A stretch of DNA of 64,000 nucleotides. Source: an uncultured Candidatus Saccharibacteria bacterium. GTDB taxonomy: Bacteria > Patescibacteriota > Saccharimonadia > Saccharimonadales > JALRHH01. The stretch's first letter is position 1, and the number at the start of each line of letters is the position of its first letter. Below the pieces are notes generated by a model. The model saw only the letters and a program-made list of their open reading frames with translations, searched no databases and was not told the DNA's origin. The stretch covers positions 7,816 through 71,815 of the forward strand of contig CAYYUY010000005.1 in the NCBI GenBank assembly GCA_964474995.1, read 5' to 3'. The position numbers were made by a program, and so were the translations under genes. This document shows positions 38,150 through 49,625 of this stretch, piece by piece.

Positions 38150-38431
38150 TTAAAAGGGGGCTTGGCAGCGGTACATATTAATTGATGCTCCGTCATCGTC
38201 AATGTACTGATCCAAGACAAGGCCGGTGCAGTGGTCAGTTCTTGAGAGCAGGATACTCATCTTGACCATTTTACGTGCCATCAGATGCGCTACTTTCGCT
38301 TCACTCTCAGGAGATGTGGCAAGATTCATTTCAATTATAGTCTCAAGATCACGTACATCATCGAGGGTTGGTGCAATATATGGACAGTCCACGCAATGAA
38401 GTGGTATTCCTAAATCATTTCTGGCAATCAT
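38150..38431 (-). CDS. hypothetical Cys-containing small protein (CxxC...C)
   Basis: 93-aa ORF; HCVDCPYIAP motif; no family recognised. Confidence 0.4.
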   Translation of the reverse strand: MIARNDLGIPLHCVDCPYIAPTLDDVRDLETIIEMNLATSPESEAKVAHLMARKMVKMSILLSRTDHCTGLVLDQYIDDDGASINMYRCQAPF

Positions 38432-38547
38432 TTACATATTATACAACTTTTATATGTATTTGTCATGATTTAGGTTACTGAAAATGCTCATGCTCGCTCC
38501 TATTTCCGACTAAGCGTACAATAGGCCCATTACAGAGGAGAAAAGTA

Positions 38548-40007
<1,460 letters not shown>

Positions 40008-40009
40008 CA

Positions 40010-40453
40010 ATGTCCCTACATGATCACGCCATTTTTCAAGTAACTATCAAAACACTACTGCATCGTGATGGTGAGATTCTTGCACTCACAACGCAAGATG
40101 GCTATGTTGACTTTCCTGGCGGCCGTATAGATAAGTCAGAAGTGGGTTTGGCGACCACAGAGGTCTTGCATCGTGAGCTCAGCGAAGAACTGGGTAAGAC
40201 TTTGGAATTTAGTATTCAAGATATCGCTTTTATTTCCAAGAGACAGTATAACAGAGGCGATGTGGCCATAAATGTACTCGCAATCTACTACAATACTGAG
40301 TACATACGTGGTGACGTAGTACTATCAGATGAACATGCCAAGTACCGCTGGATAAAGCCGACTGAACTCTTACGAGAGTCAGAAAAGTTCATGTCGCAGG
40401 ATGAGTTTGTACAGTTTGGCCAGTACATATCGCGATCAATCACAAAGTCATAA
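40010..40453 (+). CDS. NUDIX hydrolase
   Basis: Nudix box GGRIDKSEVGLATTEVLHRELSEELG (GX5EX7REUXEEXGU). Confidence 0.8.
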   Translation: MSLHDHAIFQVTIKTLLHRDGEILALTTQDGYVDFPGGRIDKSEVGLATTEVLHRELSEELGKTLEFSIQDIAFISKRQYNRGDVAINVLAIYYNTEYIRGDVVLSDEHAKYRWIKPTELLRESEKFMSQDEFVQFGQYISRSITKS

Positions 40454-40473
40454 GCATGGTATAGTTGTAGGTA

Positions 40474-40875
40474 ATGAAGAAGACATCCCTCATCATTGCG
40501 GCCTTCGTGTTAGTTACAGGTCTCGTAGTGTTCGGGACATATGCTGTTGCAGACAAGTTCTTGGCTCGTAAGACAATTGACACTGAATGCGTGCTGTCAG
40601 GCAAAAAACATACTGCCACCATCCAAAACGGCGTCATATCACCTGCAAACACCATAGCGAAACGCTGCGACAGTCTAACGATTATCAACAAAGATACTAA
40701 GCCCCGAGAAATTGCATTTGGCCAGCATGATCGTCACGTAGTGTACGACGGTGTGACCGAGCGAATACTCAAGCAAAATGAGAGCTTCACAGTAACACTC
40801 AAAAAAACAGGCACGTTCTTGTTTCATGATCACTTACAGGACGAAACAGCCGGCACTATGACTATTCACCCCTAA
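40474..40875 (+). CDS. membrane-anchored cupredoxin-like domain protein (putative copper-binding)
   Basis: N-terminal TM anchor plus ~100-aa domain ending GTFLFHDHLQDETAGTMTI. This domain is paralogous to the C-terminus of the CyoD fusion on the opposite strand, with shared C...C, HxxH and FHDH positions. Confidence 0.5.
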   Translation: MKKTSLIIAAFVLVTGLVVFGTYAVADKFLARKTIDTECVLSGKKHTATIQNGVISPANTIAKRCDSLTIINKDTKPREIAFGQHDRHVVYDGVTERILKQNESFTVTLKKTGTFLFHDHLQDETAGTMTIHP

Positions 40876-40889
40876 CGTATTGAGTCAGC

Positions 40890-41585
40890 CTATTGCTGAG
40901 TTACTGTAAAATCGCCGGCCGTCTCTTCTTGCAAATGATCGTGGAATTTATAGGTTCCCACTTCAGAAAGCGTTATTGTCTCGTTGTGTCCGCCACGAAT
41001 GATATATTCAGTCTGACCAGCGTAGGCCGTGTGGTGGGGGTGTTCTCCAAAAGCCACTTCCTTGATATCGCTATCCTTATTACTGAACGTCAGCGTATCA
41101 CACCGCTGTGCGTCGGTATGTAGTGGGGAAACCTTGTTGTCTTTGATGGTCACCAAGTGATTGGCGTGCTGACCTTCACAAGCACCGGTCTGCTGACCAC
41201 CTATCTGAGAAATATTCTCATCATTCACGAGTGACTTCACCTGATCAGACGGCATTTTATTGTAATGCAGGTTATTGATAATGATGACTGAGCCACCAAC
41301 GACGACCAAAATGAGACCAACGGTTGCTACAAAGAAATACAAATTCCACCTTGGTTTTGGCCCACGTCCCAAGTGCAAAAAGAATGTAATCTGAATGACC
41401 ATCTGCGTGACTGCAAAGCCTAATATCATTGCCAGTAACAACGAGCTAGATGCAGTATGGTGGACAATCATATAGTAGGGTATCAGCGTAAATACTAACG
41501 ATAATATGAACCCGATAACGTACGATGCCATTGTCCCGTGCTCGTGCTGCGGCTTGTGATGGTTGTCAGGTGCTATATGGCTCAT
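40890..41585 (-). CDS. cyoD: cytochrome o ubiquinol oxidase subunit IV (CyoD) fused to a C-terminal cupredoxin-like domain
   Basis: ATG at 41585 overlaps the cyoC stop (ATGA). Three-TM CyoD core SYVIGFILSLVFTLIPYYMIV...; C-terminal ~110 aa ...GTYKFHDHLQEETAGDFTV homologous to the protein at 40474-40875. Confidence 0.7.
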   Translation of the reverse strand: MSHIAPDNHHKPQHEHGTMASYVIGFILSLVFTLIPYYMIVHHTASSSLLLAMILGFAVTQMVIQITFFLHLGRGPKPRWNLYFFVATVGLILVVVGGSVIIINNLHYNKMPSDQVKSLVNDENISQIGGQQTGACEGQHANHLVTIKDNKVSPLHTDAQRCDTLTFSNKDSDIKEVAFGEHPHHTAYAGQTEYIIRGGHNETITLSEVGTYKFHDHLQEETAGDFTVTQQ

Positions 41586-42181
41586 ACGAAGGCCCTCAAG
41601 TAGACAACTGTGAAGATAAAGATCCATACAATATCAAGGAAGTGCCAGAACAAGCTTAGTAGTGCTAGCTTACGTACGAGCGGCGCATTAAGGCCTCGTT
41701 TCATGACGAAGATCATCGTGATTGCCATCCATAAGAGTCCAGAAGTGATGTGTAGTCCATGCGTTCCAACAAGCACAAAGAATGAAGACAAGAACGCGCT
41801 GGTTTGCATGGTGTGACCTTCATGTATGAACGCGGCAAATTCTTTCAGCTCAAAGCTAAGGAAGGCGAGCCCGAGTATAAACGTCACACCAAACCATAGG
41901 AGTGTTTGGGTCTTCTGACGCTGTCTGGCGGCTATCATACCAAGCCCACACGTAAAGCTACTAGTGAGGAGAATGAGTGTCTCTGTCAGTGCCAACGGTA
42001 AGCTGAACAGTTGACGATCCGCTTCACCGCCTGCGGTGTTGCCGTGTAGTACTGCATATACTGCGAACAAGACCGAAAATATCAAAAGGTCAGTCATCAG
42101 ATACACCCAGAACCCAAACATAGTTCTGTCGTCGGCTTCAGCCTGATGGTCAGTTTTGTGAGTCATTTCGTGTGCTGTCAT
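41582..42181 (-). CDS. cyoC: cytochrome o ubiquinol oxidase subunit III
   Basis: Five-TM subunit III fold, MFGFWVYLMTDLLIFSVLFAVYAVL; operon position between cyoB and cyoD. Confidence 0.9.
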   Translation of the reverse strand: MTAHEMTHKTDHQAEADDRTMFGFWVYLMTDLLIFSVLFAVYAVLHGNTAGGEADRQLFSLPLALTETLILLTSSFTCGLGMIAARQRQKTQTLLWFGVTFILGLAFLSFELKEFAAFIHEGHTMQTSAFLSSFFVLVGTHGLHITSGLLWMAITMIFVMKRGLNAPLVRKLALLSLFWHFLDIVWIFIFTVVYLRAFV

Positions 42182-44268
42182 TTCTGTCCTGCTGTCTTTT
42201 TTCGTATCAACCCTAGACCGAAGGCGAGTACAACCTTTATAAGCTCGGTCAGGCTCATATCTTCACCAGTACCAGCGACGTGATCACGATCCAGTTCCTT
42301 GGTTTTCTTGATCCGCGCCTCTTCGAGTTTTTGTACTTCTGCAGCCGTAATCGTGTACTCAGTCTCATCGTTGAATGTACGGGCGACAAATACGGCGAGG
42401 ATACCAATCAGTGACACAACAACCATCCAGGTAATTTCCCACACAAAACCAAACCCAACAAAGAAAGCAAAAATCGCAATATATATACCCGTGGCAGTGT
42501 TCTTGGGAATATGAATATCTTCATATTCAGGTTTTTTAAGTCCTTGTTGCTTCATCTCTAAAAACGCATCACGGGTAGTGACCGTCGGGATAACGGTATA
42601 GTTATAGAACGGTGGAGGCGAGGCGGTTGACCATTCCAATGATCGTCCATCCCAGGGGTCACCTGTCGTATCACGAAGTCGGTTCTTCTGAATGAAGGTA
42701 GCTAGTATTTGTGCGAGCTGCAAGGCTACACCAATCATAATAACAATGCCACCGAGCAGCATAATTATGAATAGTGGCTGCCACCCAGTTGACGCTTCAT
42801 AGTGATCCATTCGCCTAGTTGCGCCCATAATTCCAAGCACAAACATCGGAATAAATGACATACAGAAGCCAACCATCCAGCACCAAAATGCTTGGCGGCC
42901 AATCCGCTCGTTGAGCTTAAGCCCTGTGAATTTCGGGAACCAGTAGGCGATTCCACAGAAGATACCAAACAGTACGCCACCGATGACAGTAGAATGGAAA
43001 TGCGCAACCAAGAACAAGCTATTGTGCAACTGGAAATCGGCTGGTGGTACTGCCAATATAACGCCGGTACTGCCCCCGATTGAAAATATAGATATGAATC
43101 CAAGGAACCATAGCATCGGTGTCTCAAACCGTATCCGGCCCTTATGCATGGTGGCTATCCAGGTGAACACCAACACGGACGTTGGTATAGCAATAATCAA
43201 TGTCATAACGCCAAAGAAGGCGTTGACATCTGCGCTTGCACCCATAGTAAAGAAGTGGTGTAGCCACACAGACAGCGCAAACGTAGAAACACCGATCATG
43301 CCTAGTACGTTTGATGTGTAACTCGCGATGGGTTTGCGACTAAACGTTGTAACGACCTCAGAGAACACACCAAAAGCTGGGAGGATCAACACATACACCT
43401 CAGGATGTCCCCACATCCAGATAAGGTTGGAGTACATCATAGGGTCCCCACCACCGAGGGTGGTAAAGAAGTGTGTACCAAAGTAACGATCAAAAAACAT
43501 CAGGAAAAGCGTTGCGGTCAAGAGTGGGAATATCGTTACGGCCATGAACATACTACACAGTGAACCCCAGGTAAACAACGGCATCTTCCAGAGCGTCATG
43601 CCTTTTGCGCGCATCTTTAAAATAGTCATAATGAAGTTAATGGCACCAAGTGTCGTACCAACCCCGGCAATCTGCAGACTCCATATCCAATAGTCCACTC
43701 CAACTCCCGGACTAAACTGTTTCCCTGACAGTGGCGCAATCGCCAACCAGCCTGTAGCCGCATACTCTCCACCAAAGAGGAAGAACATATTTACCATCAC
43801 CACACCACCGACATACAGCCAAAATCCCAAGGTATTCAGAAACGGTGATGCCAAGTCACGTGCGCCAATCTGTAGGGGCACGATGTAGTTAATCAGGCCA
43901 AATATAAATGCCATAGCCACAAAGAACACCATAATGTTGCCGTGAGCTGTAAAGATCTGCTGAAAGTGATCTGACGAGAGATATCCATGTGAGCTACCAG
44001 AAGAGAAAGCTTGCTGGAGCCAGATCATAATTGCGTCGAGGCCCCCACGTAGCAGCATCAGCCCACCGACGATAAAGTACATGATACCGATTTTCTTTGG
44101 GTCAACTGACGTTAGCCACTCTTTCCAGAGCCACTTCCATCGTTTTGTCTTGGTAAGATACAGAACAACCAGCAAGGCTGCTACAAAAAATGCACCCGAG
44201 CCACCAATAGTAAACCACTCGTGTGGCAGGGCATGTTTATCTAGTTTTCCGAGTAAAAATTCTTTCAT
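42178..44268 (-). CDS. cyoB: cytochrome o ubiquinol oxidase subunit I (heme-copper oxidase catalytic subunit)
   Basis: 696 aa with conserved His ligands, WFFGHPEVY-type motif (WMWGHPEVYVLILPAFGVFSEV), and quinol-oxidase-type extra helices. Confidence 0.95.
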   Translation of the reverse strand: MKEFLLGKLDKHALPHEWFTIGGSGAFFVAALLVVLYLTKTKRWKWLWKEWLTSVDPKKIGIMYFIVGGLMLLRGGLDAIMIWLQQAFSSGSSHGYLSSDHFQQIFTAHGNIMVFFVAMAFIFGLINYIVPLQIGARDLASPFLNTLGFWLYVGGVVMVNMFFLFGGEYAATGWLAIAPLSGKQFSPGVGVDYWIWSLQIAGVGTTLGAINFIMTILKMRAKGMTLWKMPLFTWGSLCSMFMAVTIFPLLTATLFLMFFDRYFGTHFFTTLGGGDPMMYSNLIWMWGHPEVYVLILPAFGVFSEVVTTFSRKPIASYTSNVLGMIGVSTFALSVWLHHFFTMGASADVNAFFGVMTLIIAIPTSVLVFTWIATMHKGRIRFETPMLWFLGFISIFSIGGSTGVILAVPPADFQLHNSLFLVAHFHSTVIGGVLFGIFCGIAYWFPKFTGLKLNERIGRQAFWCWMVGFCMSFIPMFVLGIMGATRRMDHYEASTGWQPLFIIMLLGGIVIMIGVALQLAQILATFIQKNRLRDTTGDPWDGRSLEWSTASPPPFYNYTVIPTVTTRDAFLEMKQQGLKKPEYEDIHIPKNTATGIYIAIFAFFVGFGFVWEITWMVVVSLIGILAVFVARTFNDETEYTITAAEVQKLEEARIKKTKELDRDHVAGTGEDMSLTELIKVVLAFGLGLIRKKTAGQK

Positions 44269-45173
44269 TCTTGATGTCCATGGCCTTCCATTGAGTCCAT
44301 GTATTTCATAACCACTTTATCATACAAGCCGTCATCAAATGACGAATAGAAAGCGACTGGATTGTTCTGGCTTGGCTTTACGAGATTTGCGTATGTGGCG
44401 GCATCAAGCACGTCATGGGACTGCCGCACTCCCTGGGCCCATGAATTAAAATCTTCTGTCGTACTAACGCGAGCGGTGAATTTCATTCCCGTAAAACCGG
44501 CGCCATTTAGTTCGGCTGAGCTACCACGATAGTCACCAGGTGTTTCGGCCATCAGATTCAGTCGGTTTACATGCCCGGTCATCGAATACAGCTGACCAGC
44601 AAGATTCGGAATCCAAAACGAACTCATTGGTGTTTCGTCAGCAGTGAGCTCAAATACGACTGGTGTGTCTGTAGGAATTTGGACAAAGTTTACTGTCGCA
44701 ATCTTCTGCTCAGGGTACAGGAAAACCCACTTCCAGCGCATAGACACAACTTGGATCGTAATCGGCGTTTTGCCACCAGCAATCGCTCTTTGTGGTTCTA
44801 GCTTGTGAGTAGCTGGCCACATCACCAGTCCAATTATCACCATAGTTGTAGTTGGAAGGAGCCACGTGATGGCAGTAACTCGTTTGCTGCTATGCGCACT
44901 AGGATCGTGAACTGCTTTTGTGTTCGATTCTCTGTATTTCCAAGCCGTAAAGAAAAGCAAAAATAGCGTAGGAACAACAACCGCTACTAATGTAAGTACA
45001 GTAAATACAATTAGGCTCCGTTGCTCGTGAGCAATTAACCCCCTTGAGTCGAATAATGCAATATTTTTATCATGTATCAGATACGTGATGAGCCATGCAA
45101 ATTCAGCCAATAACAGGGGTATGTACCACGCGAGCCAACCGTGACCATGTCTTTTCTTCTTTATTTCTGACAT
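44265..45173 (-). CDS. cyoA: cytochrome o ubiquinol oxidase subunit II
   Basis: Two N-terminal TM helices plus a cupredoxin-like periplasmic domain lacking the CuA Cys/His ligands (quinol-oxidase type); overlaps cyoB by 4 nt. Confidence 0.85.
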   Translation of the reverse strand: MSEIKKKRHGHGWLAWYIPLLLAEFAWLITYLIHDKNIALFDSRGLIAHEQRSLIVFTVLTLVAVVVPTLFLLFFTAWKYRESNTKAVHDPSAHSSKRVTAITWLLPTTTMVIIGLVMWPATHKLEPQRAIAGGKTPITIQVVSMRWKWVFLYPEQKIATVNFVQIPTDTPVVFELTADETPMSSFWIPNLAGQLYSMTGHVNRLNLMAETPGDYRGSSAELNGAGFTGMKFTARVSTTEDFNSWAQGVRQSHDVLDAATYANLVKPSQNNPVAFYSSFDDGLYDKVVMKYMDSMEGHGHQE

Positions 45174-45383
45174 TTATCTGTCTCCATTAGGGCATAAGCG
45201 TAATCTTAATCATAACTATACCATAGCCCACAATTGCTCGGGAATCTCAGTGCCCGTAGTAGATTCAGCATGCGGTCCAGGTCTACCCATTACTGGTGGT
45301 ATACTCATAGGAACGACTAACGTTTACTGATCGAATTCGTCATGTTCGACACCCTAATAAAGAATGGATAATGGAGTCTACTT

Positions 45384-46247
45384 GTGTCCGGAAATCTAAA
45401 AGCTTACTACATTCTCACAAAGCCGGGCATCGTGCGCGGTAACGCACTAACCGCAATCGCCGGCTATCTATTTGCCACCAAGTTCCACATGCATTTTCCT
45501 ACCTTTATCGCAATGCTAACTGGGCTAAGCATGATAATTGCATGTGGCTGTGTCTACAATAACTACCTTGACCGTGATATTGACAGCAAAATGGCCCGCA
45601 CTAAGAAACGAGGGCTAGTAACCGGCCATATCTCCGTCCGAAATGCCTTAGTGTTCGGCACTGCTTTGGGTGTGCTGGGCAGCATCATACTCGTCAAATA
45701 TACCAATGAGCTGACTGCCTACGTTGCGTTGTTCGGGCTGTGGGCATACGTTGTTCTTTATGGCTACGGGAAGCGGATGAGTGTACATGGGACGCTTATT
45801 GGTAGTATTTCGGGCGCCATACCTCCCGTTGTGGGCTACGTTGCAGCCACCAATCGTATCGACACGGCAGCAGTCTTGTTGTTCATCATTTTGGTGTCTT
45901 GGCAGATGCCACACTTCTATGCGATCGCTATGTATAGGGCTAAGGATTACGCGGCTGCCAAGATACCAGTACTCCCTGTCTCAAAAGGCATGCTGGCTGC
46001 CAAGCGACAAACGCTTGCGTATATTATCAGCTTCATCATTGCGTCACTCCTACTGACAATTTATGGCTACACAGGCTATATCTACGCCGTTATTATGACG
46101 CTGCTTGGCATACTGTGGTTCCATCGAGGTATCAAGTTGTTCAATACTGTGGACGATGAAAAATGGGGCAAAAAAATGTTCTTGTTTTCGTTGGTTATCA
46201 TTAGTGCCGCGAGCCTCATGATTCCACTCGGCACCGTTCTTCCGTAA
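45384..46247 (+). CDS. cyoE: protoheme IX farnesyltransferase (heme O synthase)
   Basis: UbiA-family motifs NNYLDRDIDSKMARTKKRG and second Asp-rich region; divergent from cyoABCD. Confidence 0.9.
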   Translation: MSGNLKAYYILTKPGIVRGNALTAIAGYLFATKFHMHFPTFIAMLTGLSMIIACGCVYNNYLDRDIDSKMARTKKRGLVTGHISVRNALVFGTALGVLGSIILVKYTNELTAYVALFGLWAYVVLYGYGKRMSVHGTLIGSISGAIPPVVGYVAATNRIDTAAVLLFIILVSWQMPHFYAIAMYRAKDYAAAKIPVLPVSKGMLAAKRQTLAYIISFIIASLLLTIYGYTGYIYAVIMTLLGILWFHRGIKLFNTVDDEKWGKKMFLFSLVIISAASLMIPLGTVLP

Positions 46248-46260
46248 GCACTCCGCAAAA

Positions 46261-46295
46261 CAAAATACCCGTCCTGACTCCCGGACGGGTATTTA
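46261..46295. terminator. bidirectional rho-independent terminator between cyoE and the glutaredoxin-like gene
   Basis: Perfect 10-bp stem atacccgtcc ... ggacgggtat flanked by AAAA and TTT. Confidence 0.55.
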
Positions 46296-46317
46296 CTTGG
46301 GTCATACTTTTTTGAAG

Positions 46318-46566
46318 CTACAGTCCCAAGATTTGCTTAAACTTTCCCTGGTCAAACCCGCTAATTTTCGTGATAGTTCCGTCGCTGGCAGTAATTACTG
46401 TAAATGGTACACCAATCATGCCATCATTGATACCCATAAACTCGTCCATAACCGCAGGGTCAACATCGGTTATCTTCTTGGTATATTCGACGCCAACTTT
46501 ATCGAGCCAATTTGTCAAGGTATGACAAGCTGCACAGATTGAGGTTGAGTAGATTGTGATTTGCAT
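46318..46566 (-). CDS. glutaredoxin/NrdH-like thioredoxin-fold protein
   Basis: 82 aa; MQITIYSTSICAACHT with CxxC active site. Length and motif fit the Grx/NrdH fold. Confidence 0.65.
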   Translation of the reverse strand: MQITIYSTSICAACHTLTNWLDKVGVEYTKKITDVDPAVMDEFMGINDGMIGVPFTVITASDGTITKISGFDQGKFKQILGL

Positions 46567-46592
46567 GAGCTATTCTTTCTTCTTACATATTT

Positions 46593-48296
46593 TTAACTAC
46601 CGAATGTGAACACATTGAGCTCGGTACCATCGGGCACGATGAGATTCAATGTCTTGCCGCTGGTGAAGGCAGGGAAAGAAACGAGTCTGTAGAGTTGCGA
46701 CTCGCCAAATGTCACGGTACTGTTTTTGACATCACTGCCGGCATTGCCGGTCGTGGATATGAGCTGATTATCAAGCAGGGCTTTAATATCACGTGATGGG
46801 CTCGAGCCACCGACCAAGTACACATCTTTGGCTGCAACTTTGATACTCAACGTGCTATTACCACGCGCAATGATCTTGTCAGACTGAACTTCCCAGGTGC
46901 CGCCAAGTGTCCACTGATTGACTGCAAGATTAGTACTCGGTGTAAATGTAGACACAGCCGCAGCGCCGAGAGCGGGACTGCCGACATAGTTACTGGCTCG
47001 CTGTCTTCCAAGATACGTCTCTGGTGTTTGGCTCGCGGTAATTGGTGCCGCTGAACTCTTAGCCGCCATGGCAGTCTTGTCTAGGTTTTTGCCATTTTCT
47101 ATGAGTAGCTGACGAATCGCTTGTTCTGATTCTTGGTATTTTCCTTCGCCCTCATGTACACGGCGGACTTTGCCATTGGCATCGATCAGGTAACTTGCGG
47201 GCCATGAACGGTTGTCATAGGCGTTCCATGTATCAAAGTCGTTATCGAGCGCAACCGGGTAGGTAATATGCTGATCGTTGACGGCTTTTTTGACATTGGC
47301 TGGTATTTTCTCAAATGCGAACTCTGGCGCATGCACGCCGATCACGACAAAACCTTGATCTTTGTAGGTGTTATACCACTGCTCCAGGTACGGATTGTTA
47401 CGAATACAGTTGATGCAACTGTATGTCCAGAAATCAATAAGCACGACTTTGCCTTTGAGCTGCTTCATAGTTTGTGGGTTACTGTTGATCCACTGATTTA
47501 GTCCAGTAAACTCCGGGGCATCATACGATGTCACATTGTACAGCTTGGAATTATCAATCTTATTTTTACTACCAGGTAGTAGTTTAGAGCTAAGCGAATC
47601 AAAGTTCAGCGGCGTGTGTGTCGATACATACGTCTGGAACTTTTTGTCATAGCCCGTAAAGATCATGACACCAACGATAATAAACAGTATGGCCACCACT
47701 CGCTGAAAGAGGCCTTTTGGATCGCTGGCAAACTTAATTCGTCCAACAAACTGCTGTCCATAAAAACCAATTGCGAGCAGCACAATACTGAGGCCGAGAA
47801 TATAGGAAATGATATAGGCCATGGCCTGTGCAAAGTTCGCAGGCAAGACCGTAGCAAGGATATATGCGTAGACGGGGCTGCAGCTCGAAAATACGGGTCC
47901 AAGGACAGCACCAGTAATAATTGGGCCGACAATGCTTTGTTTGTTCTGAAAGCTCTTGCCAAGTGCTGTCTGTGTTCGGTGTTCAATGCCCAGCTTGGCA
48001 ATGATTTTGGCATAGAGCATTGGAAATAGCGTGACGATTCCAAGAATAATAATTATGACGCCTGAGAAGTATGTAATTGAACGAGGCGGGATATTAATCA
48101 GCAGTGTTGTGGCTTTGAGCAGAAGCGTAAACAAAAGCAGGGAAACGCCAAGCGAGGCGGCAATAAGGAAGGGACGCTTCTTGTCCTTGGTGTCACCAGT
48201 TACCGATCCACCAATAATAATCGGGAGGAGTGGCAATACGCAAGGTGCGAGTACGGTGAGAATGCCAGCTATAAAAGCGCTGAAGAGTAAGAACAT
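46593..48296 (-). CDS. CcdA/DsbD-type thiol-disulfide transporter fused to a periplasmic TlpA-like thioredoxin domain and an extra C-terminal domain
   Basis: N-terminal TM domain with LAPCVLPLLP Cys pair; thioredoxin domain KGKVVLIDFWTYSCINCIRNNP; ~170-aa C-terminal beta-rich region of unknown function. Confidence 0.75.
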   Translation of the reverse strand: MFLLFSAFIAGILTVLAPCVLPLLPIIIGGSVTGDTKDKKRPFLIAASLGVSLLLFTLLLKATTLLINIPPRSITYFSGVIIIILGIVTLFPMLYAKIIAKLGIEHRTQTALGKSFQNKQSIVGPIITGAVLGPVFSSCSPVYAYILATVLPANFAQAMAYIISYILGLSIVLLAIGFYGQQFVGRIKFASDPKGLFQRVVAILFIIVGVMIFTGYDKKFQTYVSTHTPLNFDSLSSKLLPGSKNKIDNSKLYNVTSYDAPEFTGLNQWINSNPQTMKQLKGKVVLIDFWTYSCINCIRNNPYLEQWYNTYKDQGFVVIGVHAPEFAFEKIPANVKKAVNDQHITYPVALDNDFDTWNAYDNRSWPASYLIDANGKVRRVHEGEGKYQESEQAIRQLLIENGKNLDKTAMAAKSSAAPITASQTPETYLGRQRASNYVGSPALGAAAVSTFTPSTNLAVNQWTLGGTWEVQSDKIIARGNSTLSIKVAAKDVYLVGGSSPSRDIKALLDNQLISTTGNAGSDVKNSTVTFGESQLYRLVSFPAFTSGKTLNLIVPDGTELNVFTFGS

Positions 48297-48376
48297 GATG
48301 CGTATACCTCGTTAGAATTTGAATTATCGTAGCGCGGCGCCGATTTTGTCGGCGCCGCGTAGGTTGATCCGAAGAT

Positions 48377-49018
48377 CTACTGCATCAAGACAGCAGTAAT
48401 AACGTGAGTTACACCGTTGCTCGAGATGACATCAGGAGTTTGGATGGTAACTTTGTTACCCTTTGCATCCTGAATTTCTAACTGGTTATCAACCATGACA
48501 GGGGTAAGAATACCGCCCTGTACGGTTGTCAGTGTCTGACCCTTTTCGGCCATAACCTTGAGTGCTGCAGTGGTGTAGGTACCAGGCACAACGTGGTAGG
48601 TTAGGATACCAACAAGTGTGGCCTTGTTTTCTGGCTTCAGTAACGTGTCAACGGTACCTGCAGGCAAAGCTGCAAATGCATCGTTGTTTGGTGCAAAGAC
48701 AGTGAATGGACCTTCACTCTTTAGTGTGTCAACAAGTCCAGCTGCCTTAACAGCTGCCACGACAGTTGTTACGTTTTTAGCGTTGATAGCGTTGTCAACA
48801 ATGTCCTTTGTACGAACCATCTTGGCGCCACCAACGGTTACACCGTCAGATCCAGCGTCAGTTGCAACCATCTTGCTGTCAGAGCTCTTTGCAGAGTCGT
48901 CTTTCATGTTGTTGCCAATTGCATAGCCACCAGCGCCACCGACGATAACAGCAATAATGCCGATAACGAGTGCACTGGCTGTGCCTGCTTGATTAAGTTT
49001 GCTCATATAGCCTCCCAT
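48377..49018 (-). CDS. fasciclin (FAS1) domain protein, membrane-anchored
   Basis: FAS1 H1/H2 motifs FTVFAPNNDAFAALPAGTVDTLL and ILTYHVVPG. Confidence 0.8.
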   Translation of the reverse strand: MGGYMSKLNQAGTASALVIGIIAVIVGGAGGYAIGNNMKDDSAKSSDSKMVATDAGSDGVTVGGAKMVRTKDIVDNAINAKNVTTVVAAVKAAGLVDTLKSEGPFTVFAPNNDAFAALPAGTVDTLLKPENKATLVGILTYHVVPGTYTTAALKVMAEKGQTLTTVQGGILTPVMVDNQLEIQDAKGNKVTIQTPDVISSNGVTHVITAVLMQ

Positions 49019-49122
49019 TTGGGTTAGTAATAGTATTTGGCTTACTTTACTAAGTAAACTAACTATGATAGTATGCCTATGTTAAAGTTGAGTCAAGGAA
49101 ATTCTACATAATCACCAAAGAT

Positions 49123-49557
49123 ATGGATCTACGTAACATTACAACCTATCAAGCAGGTGCCGTGCAGGCATCAATGCATCGATTACTACAGAAGCAGTGC
49201 GATGACATTCTTAAGCCATTTGGCATCACCAAGATGCAGTGGCTTATTATTGGTACGGTTCTAGATGCAGGAAAAAAGGGTATCCGTATCAGTGATCTTG
49301 CAGATAAACTAGCGACCACAATCGCATACTTGACTACCAGCATTAACTTACTTGAATCACGCGGTATGCTGGTTCGAAAAGATAATGCCAGTGACAGCCG
49401 ATCCAAACTGATCACCGTCAAACCGTCTTTTGTATCTACGTGCGAGAAGATAGAAGAGACTCTACGTGACGGCCTCCGCAAAACAATTTATGCAAATATT
49501 GATCCGGCAGAATTCCGTATTTATATGAAAGTTATGTATCAGCTCAACCAAAAGTAA
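49123..49557 (+). CDS. MarR-family transcriptional regulator
   Basis: Winged HTH ISDLADKLATTIAYLTTSINLLESRGMLVRKDNASDSRSKLITV. Confidence 0.8.
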   Translation: MDLRNITTYQAGAVQASMHRLLQKQCDDILKPFGITKMQWLIIGTVLDAGKKGIRISDLADKLATTIAYLTTSINLLESRGMLVRKDNASDSRSKLITVKPSFVSTCEKIEETLRDGLRKTIYANIDPAEFRIYMKVMYQLNQK

Positions 49558-49574
49558 CTGCGAGACCTCAATAT

Positions 49575-49605
49575 AAAAAACAGCCCAGTTGCGGGCTGTT
49601 TTTTA
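49575..49605. terminator. bidirectional rho-independent terminator
   Basis: aaaaaacagccc-agttgc-gggctgtttttt between convergent genes. Confidence 0.55.
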
Positions 49606-49625
49606 TATATAAAGAGTGGATGCGC

